Shown here: piece after piece, positions 35,379-39,059 of the stretch | How the letters are laid out: each line of letters begins with the position of its first letter | How positions within the stretch are numbered: position 1 is the stretch's first letter | Assembly (NCBI GenBank): GCA_012510325.1 | Contig: JAAZIG010000065.1 | Span: forward strand, 1-39,059 | Reading direction: 5' to 3' | Length of the DNA stretch: 39,059 nt | Source of the DNA: Bacillota bacterium | GTDB taxonomy: Bacteria > Bacillota > Dethiobacteria > DTU022 | Position numbers and translations under genes: made by a program | The notes under the pieces: generated by a model | What the model was told of the DNA's origin: nothing | The model's database searches: none | Seen by the model: only the letters and a program-made list of their open reading frames with translations

Positions 35379-36182
35379 TTGGCTGCTCAAAAAAAACAGA
35401 AGATTCAAGTTAAACTGTTCGTAAAACGGATCCGGCTGAAGCTCGGGGCTTTCCGGGAGGGGCTGCGCCTACGGCTCGCTTCCCTCCGGCAACGGCTCCG
35501 GGGCAGAGGTCGGGTGCGGCCCCGCCTCTGGCAAACAGCTCTTCTTTACCTGCTGGTGCTGCTCCTGACGGGGGGGGTCTATCTGTGGCGCACCGCCCGG
35601 CTGCGCACGATCAACCCCTATGCTGAAAAAATCAGTTTCAGGGAGCAGGAGGATCCGGAGCCGGCCCCCGCTCATGGCGGCGCCGGAGAACCGGAAGAGG
35701 CGGCTGAACCGGCGGTTCCCGCTTTTATTTCCGGGGACTCTTTTAGCGGGAAGGACGCTTCCGGGCGGACTTTTCTCTGGCCGGTGGAGGGAAGGTCCAT
35801 CGTCATCGAGTACGGGGAGAGCGCCGTGGAGGTGCTGGCGTGTCTGGAAGAGGCGGTCAAGTGGTTTTACAGCAAAGGGCTGGGCATCGCCGCTTTGCCG
35901 GGGGAGCAGGTCTGCTCTATCGGAGCGGGCCGGGTGAAAGAGGTTGGGGAAGCGGGTAAGCCTTACGGAAAAGAGCTCATCATTGAGCACGAAAACAATC
36001 TAACCGTATATTACGGGGCACTGGAGCAGATTGAGGTAAAAAAAGGTGATCAAGTCTCCGGTGGCGCGCCCATCGCTACGGTCAAAGCGAATCCGCAGGA
36101 TGAAGGGGAGGGATATCTCTATCTGGAGATCCGTGAGGACGGCCGCCCCGTCGACCCCCTGCAATATTTGCCCCAATCCTGA
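35379..36182 (+). CDS. spoIIQ: SpoIIQ-like membrane protein with a degenerate (non-catalytic) LytM/M23 domain
   Basis: 267 aa. Basic N-terminus plus TM (ALLYLLVLLLTGGVYLW). The M23 fold motifs are recognisable but substituted: YSKGLGIAALPG (for HxGxDI), YYGALE (for YxH) and GYLYLEIRED (for HLHFE). Lies between spoIID and spoIIID. TTG start 6 nt after GAGGTGA. Confidence 0.65.
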   Translation: MAAQKKQKIQVKLFVKRIRLKLGAFREGLRLRLASLRQRLRGRGRVRPRLWQTALLYLLVLLLTGGVYLWRTARLRTINPYAEKISFREQEDPEPAPAHGGAGEPEEAAEPAVPAFISGDSFSGKDASGRTFLWPVEGRSIVIEYGESAVEVLACLEEAVKWFYSKGLGIAALPGEQVCSIGAGRVKEVGEAGKPYGKELIIEHENNLTVYYGALEQIEVKKGDQVSGGAPIATVKANPQDEGEGYLYLEIREDGRPVDPLQYLPQS

Positions 36183-36199
36183 CCGGCCTCCGGTCAAGG

Positions 36200-36228
36200 G
36201 TATTTTTTAGGGGGCCCTCTCATATAAT
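36200..36228 (+). promoter_or_regulatory. Candidate sigma-E promoter for spoIIID
   Basis: The same tCATATAAT -10 as upstream of spoIID (36221-36228). GTATTTT sits 14 nt upstream as a weak -35. It lies 35 nt upstream of GTG 36263. Confidence 0.3.
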
Positions 36229-36262
36229 TTACCGGACTGAAGACGAAGGGGGCCCCACAAAA

Positions 36263-36517
36263 GTGCATGATTATATTTATCAGCGGGTTTTGGAGATCAG
36301 CCACTATATCCTCGAGACGGAAGCAACGGTGAGGCAGGTGGCGCGCAATTTTGGGGTGAGCAAAAGCACTGTCCACAAAGATATTACCGAGCGGCTGCCG
36401 CAGATCAACAGCCATCTGGCCCGCCAGATCAAAAAAATCCTGGAAAAAAACAAGGCGGAGCGCCATCTGCGAGGCGGCGAGGCGACCCGCCAAAAGTATC
36501 TCTCCCTAAAAAAGTAG
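36263..36517 (+). CDS. spoIIID: Stage III sporulation protein D (mother-cell HTH transcription factor)
   Basis: 84 aa. (V)HDYIYQRVLEISHYILETEATVRQVARNFGVSKSTVHKDITERLPQIN...HLRGGEATRQKY is near-colinear with B. subtilis SpoIIID, including the GTG start. Confidence 0.93.
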   Translation: MHDYIYQRVLEISHYILETEATVRQVARNFGVSKSTVHKDITERLPQINSHLARQIKKILEKNKAERHLRGGEATRQKYLSLKK

Positions 36518-36622
36518 GCTGAACAAACTCTATCTTCCCAAAAGGGAATCAATAGAACATGGAGAAGTAAATTATAAAAAGCCTGATTCGGGGGAGGACG
36601 ACCGGCGAAGGGAGGGCGGCAG

Positions 36623-37651
36623 ATGGTTTTTTCAGCAGAGATCGGGATCGATCTGGGCACGGCCAGTATCCTGCTATACGTGCGCGGTCAGGGGATCGTC
36701 GTGAATGAACCGGCGGTGGTCGCGGTGGAGCAGAAGATGCAGCGGCTTCTGGCAGTGGGCTCTACTGCCTGGAATATGCTCGGCCGAACCCCCGAAAACA
36801 TCGTCGCCTTGCGTCCCCTCAGGGCGGGGGTGATCGCCGATTTTAGCCTGGCAGAGGTGATGTTGAGGCACTTTTTGGAGGCGGCGGTGAAGAAAAGGTA
36901 TATTCTTCGCCCCCGGGTGGTCGTCTGTATCCCTGCCGGAACCACTCCTGTGGAGCAGAAGGCGGTGCTGGAGGCCGTTGCCCGCATCGGTGCCCGGGAA
37001 ACCTTTCTTATCGAAGAGCCGCGGGCGGCGGCATTGGGGGCGCAGCTAAATATTTTTGAACTCAGCGGCAGCATGATCGTCGACATCGGGGGCGGGACAA
37101 GCGATATCGCTGTAATCTCCATGGGCGAGGTGGTCGAGGGGACCAGCGTGCGCATCGGCGGAGATAAGTTTGACGAGGCCGTGGCCCGCTTTGTTAAAAA
37201 AGAGTACAACCTGCTCATCGGGGAAAGAACCGCCGAAGCGCTGAAGAAGGCGATCGGTTCAGCGCATCCTCAGGGCCGCAACCTGGAGACGGAAGTTCGC
37301 GGACGCGATCTGATCACCGGACTGCCCCGCCAGATCAAGGTCACCACCGGCGAGCTCAGCGCAGCTTTTGCCGAGCCGTTAAGCGCTATCCTGGACGGGA
37401 TCAAGGGAGTCCTGCAAAGGACCCCGCCGGAGCTGGCCGGTGATATCATCGATAAGGGGGTGGTCCTTTCAGGGGGCGGGGCTCTCTTGGACGGCTTTTC
37501 CCGTTATTTGAGCCAGGAGATCGGCATACCGTTTTATCTCGCCGAGGAGCCGCTCAACTGTGTCATCAGGGGGACTGCCGCCGTCCTGGAAAAAATAGCG
37601 CGGTTTAAGGAGACCCTTCCCTCCAGCCGTAATATGGGGGTTGCTTTTTAA
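36623..37651 (+). CDS. mbl: Rod-shape-determining actin homologue MreB/Mbl
   Basis: 342 aa. IGIDLGTASILLYV, MIVDIGGGTSDIAV and VLSGGGALLDGF. Follows spoIIID, as mbl does in B. subtilis. Confidence 0.92.
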   Translation: MVFSAEIGIDLGTASILLYVRGQGIVVNEPAVVAVEQKMQRLLAVGSTAWNMLGRTPENIVALRPLRAGVIADFSLAEVMLRHFLEAAVKKRYILRPRVVVCIPAGTTPVEQKAVLEAVARIGARETFLIEEPRAAALGAQLNIFELSGSMIVDIGGGTSDIAVISMGEVVEGTSVRIGGDKFDEAVARFVKKEYNLLIGERTAEALKKAIGSAHPQGRNLETEVRGRDLITGLPRQIKVTTGELSAAFAEPLSAILDGIKGVLQRTPPELAGDIIDKGVVLSGGGALLDGFSRYLSQEIGIPFYLAEEPLNCVIRGTAAVLEKIARFKETLPSSRNMGVAF

Positions 37652-37653
37652 CC

Positions 37654-38715
37654 TTGTTTTTTACTTATACCGGCAATATTCATATCCACACCCGCCATTC
37701 CGACGGCACCGGCACCATTGCCGAGATCACCGCTCATGCCGCCGCCGCCGGCCTGCACTATATCATTATTACCGATCACGAGACGCTGGCCGGTCTGCCC
37801 GAAGAAGGGCTCCGGCACGGCGTTGTTGTTCTCGTCGGGGCGGAGCTGAATCGGGAGAGCCATCACTACCTGGCCCTCGGTTTAAAGCAGCTTGTCCCCG
37901 GCAGCACGGCTCATCCCCAGCAGATGGTCGATGAGGTTCGCCGGGCCGGTGCTCTCGGGTTTATGGCTCATCCGTTTGAAAAAGGTTCGCCATATATCGA
38001 TGGCGGAAAAGCGTATCCCTGGAAGCGATTTCCGGATAGCGGCTTTACCGGCCTCGAAATCTGGAACTATTCCTCGCACTGGCGGGGCCGGGCCACCTCG
38101 ATTCCGAGAACACTGTACTGGTTTTTCCTGAACCGGAAGGCGGCGCTGGACCGGCCCCCGCCGGAGGGGCTCGCTCTCTGGGATCGCTATACCGGCAGCG
38201 GTTTGCGGGTGACCGCCATCGGCAGCTCGGACGCCCATGCCACCAAGATCAGGGTGGGGTTTCTTTCCTTCGAGATCTTTCCCTACCCTTTTCTCTTTCG
38301 CACCATCAACACCCATCTTTGTTTGAGGGAGGTGCTGAGCAACAATTTCAGCGAAGCGAAGGGTCAGATCTATGATGCCCTGGCTGAAGGGCGCTGTTTT
38401 GTCTCCTTCGATCAGCTCCATCCCGGCACGGGGTTCTCGTTTTGCGCCTGGCAGCACCGTGCAGGTGTGGCCGCTGCGATTATGGGCGAGGAGATCCGCT
38501 GGCAGGAAGGCCTTCAACTGACGGTGCGCTCCCCCAGCCGCCGCTCGGAGATCCGGATCATCAAAGACGGGGCTCTTCACTGCCGTGACAGAGGGCCGGA
38601 GTTTCACTGTCCGGCGCCCGGGCCCGGGGTCTACCGCGCCGAGGTTTATTACCGTCCCTTCTGTGGCAAGGCCCGTCCCTGGATCTACGCCAACCCCATC
38701 TATATCCGCCCTTAG
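37654..38715 (+). CDS. PHP-domain metal-dependent phosphoesterase (CehA/McbA-like)
   Basis: 353 aa. NIHIHTRHSDGTG, IIITDHETL and IGSSDAH motifs. TTG start 2 nt after the mbl stop, with a weak SD. Confidence 0.75.
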   Translation: MFFTYTGNIHIHTRHSDGTGTIAEITAHAAAAGLHYIIITDHETLAGLPEEGLRHGVVVLVGAELNRESHHYLALGLKQLVPGSTAHPQQMVDEVRRAGALGFMAHPFEKGSPYIDGGKAYPWKRFPDSGFTGLEIWNYSSHWRGRATSIPRTLYWFFLNRKAALDRPPPEGLALWDRYTGSGLRVTAIGSSDAHATKIRVGFLSFEIFPYPFLFRTINTHLCLREVLSNNFSEAKGQIYDALAEGRCFVSFDQLHPGTGFSFCAWQHRAGVAAAIMGEEIRWQEGLQLTVRSPSRRSEIRIIKDGALHCRDRGPEFHCPAPGPGVYRAEVYYRPFCGKARPWIYANPIYIRP

Positions 38716-38752
38716 TACCCCCCGGTCTCGCGAACGGACTGTGAAATTTTAT

Positions 38753-38868
38753 CTCAGGGGACGGTCCCCGTGAGTCAGGGGGACGGTAAGATTCGCCGGG
38801 ATACCGGCATGAAGAAGGGGACGAAAGAGTCCCACGCATGAGTCAGGGGGACGGTTACTTTGACTCAT
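38753..38868. repeat. Cluster of direct repeats (TGAGTCAGGGGGACGGT x2 plus a shorter variant) embedded in hairpins
   Basis: Identical 17-mers at 38771-38787 and 38839-38855. Variant TCAGGGGACGGT at 38754-38765. Inverted repeat ATGAGTCA (38838-38845) / TGACTCAT (38861-38868). Confidence 0.85.
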
Positions 38869-38943
38869 TCAGAGGCGGGAGTGTTGCCGGATGAACCGGT
38901 ATGAGCCCCCGAAGCAACAAAATGGGACAAGAAGGTACGTCCC

Positions 38944-39059
38944 GAAAGCGCCGGTTAAAGCCGGCAGTAGGTAGGCGGTGAAAGTCCGCCACATGGTAAA
39001 GAGTAGCGACCAGCCGTGACCCCGAGTCATGCGTCGGCTACCCGCGAGGGGGCGGCGAA
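38944..39059 (+). mobile_element. Probable 5' end (domain I start) of a bacterial group II intron, truncated by the window edge
   Basis: The element order is GCCGG-UUAAAG-CCGGC hairpin (38950-38965), AGUAGGUAG, GGCGG-UGAAAGU-CCGCC hairpin (38974-38990), then AAAGAGUAGCGACCAGCC. This parallels the 5' region of bacterial group II introns as I remember them. The expected GUGYG 5' end is not canonical here (GAAAGCG at 38944-38950). No RT ORF is visible because the window ends. Confidence 0.4.

Noticed and set aside
38971-39005. Cobalamin riboswitch reading of GGCGGTGAAAGTCCGCCACATGGTAA (it resembles the B12-box neighbourhood GGTGAAAATCC ... GCCACTG)
   Set aside because: The intervening and flanking conserved B12 elements are missing, and no cobalamin-related gene is visible. 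The element order fits the group II intron domain I start better.

Overview
GC-rich chromosomal core region of an endospore-forming Firmicute. The Clostridia-like assignment is inferred from gene content and order only; no search was possible. I call 37 protein genes. All but two (PBP1A and nikR) are on the + strand, and they are tightly packed with many start/stop overlaps.

Block 1 (0.2-6.9 kb): rplI, a Lon-family protease, the replicative helicase dnaB (an origin-proximal signature in Firmicutes), an FAD protein and a G5+M23 peptidase.

Block 2 (7.1-16.5 kb): walR-walK-yycH-yycI run without gaps into a murA paralogue and a histidine phosphatase. These are followed by an HtrA-like protease, a metalloenzyme-superfamily phosphomutase-like protein and an MBL hydrolase. 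PBP1A converges on this block.

Block 3 (19-24.6 kb): rho, a LysM+M23 peptidase, rpmE, DUF1385, prfA and prmC.

Block 4 (24.6-38.7 kb): nikR (-), a sigG-like sigma gene overlapping spoIIR, a Na/Pi symporter, tsaC, a ywlE-like phosphatase, rpiB, glyA, dCMP deaminase, a ywmB-like gene, a second murA, spoIID, a SpoIIQ-position degenerate LytM protein, spoIIID, mreB/mbl and a PHP-domain protein.

I saw no rRNA, tRNA or CRISPR array. I do not see a convincing novel multi-gene system; most of the window is conserved housekeeping, cell-wall and sporulation synteny. The only accessory-looking DNA is the last ~340 bp. It holds a hairpin-dense, repeat-bearing non-coding block followed by what looks like the 5' end of a group II intron cut off by the window edge.

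Other points worth a second look:
- the fully degenerate LytM domain of the SpoIIQ-like protein
- the sigG-spoIIR overlap next to an orphan nikR
- murA chained onto the walRK-yycHI operon
- an operator-like palindrome pair upstream of the G5/M23 gene

All promoter calls are by-eye consensus matches and have low confidence.
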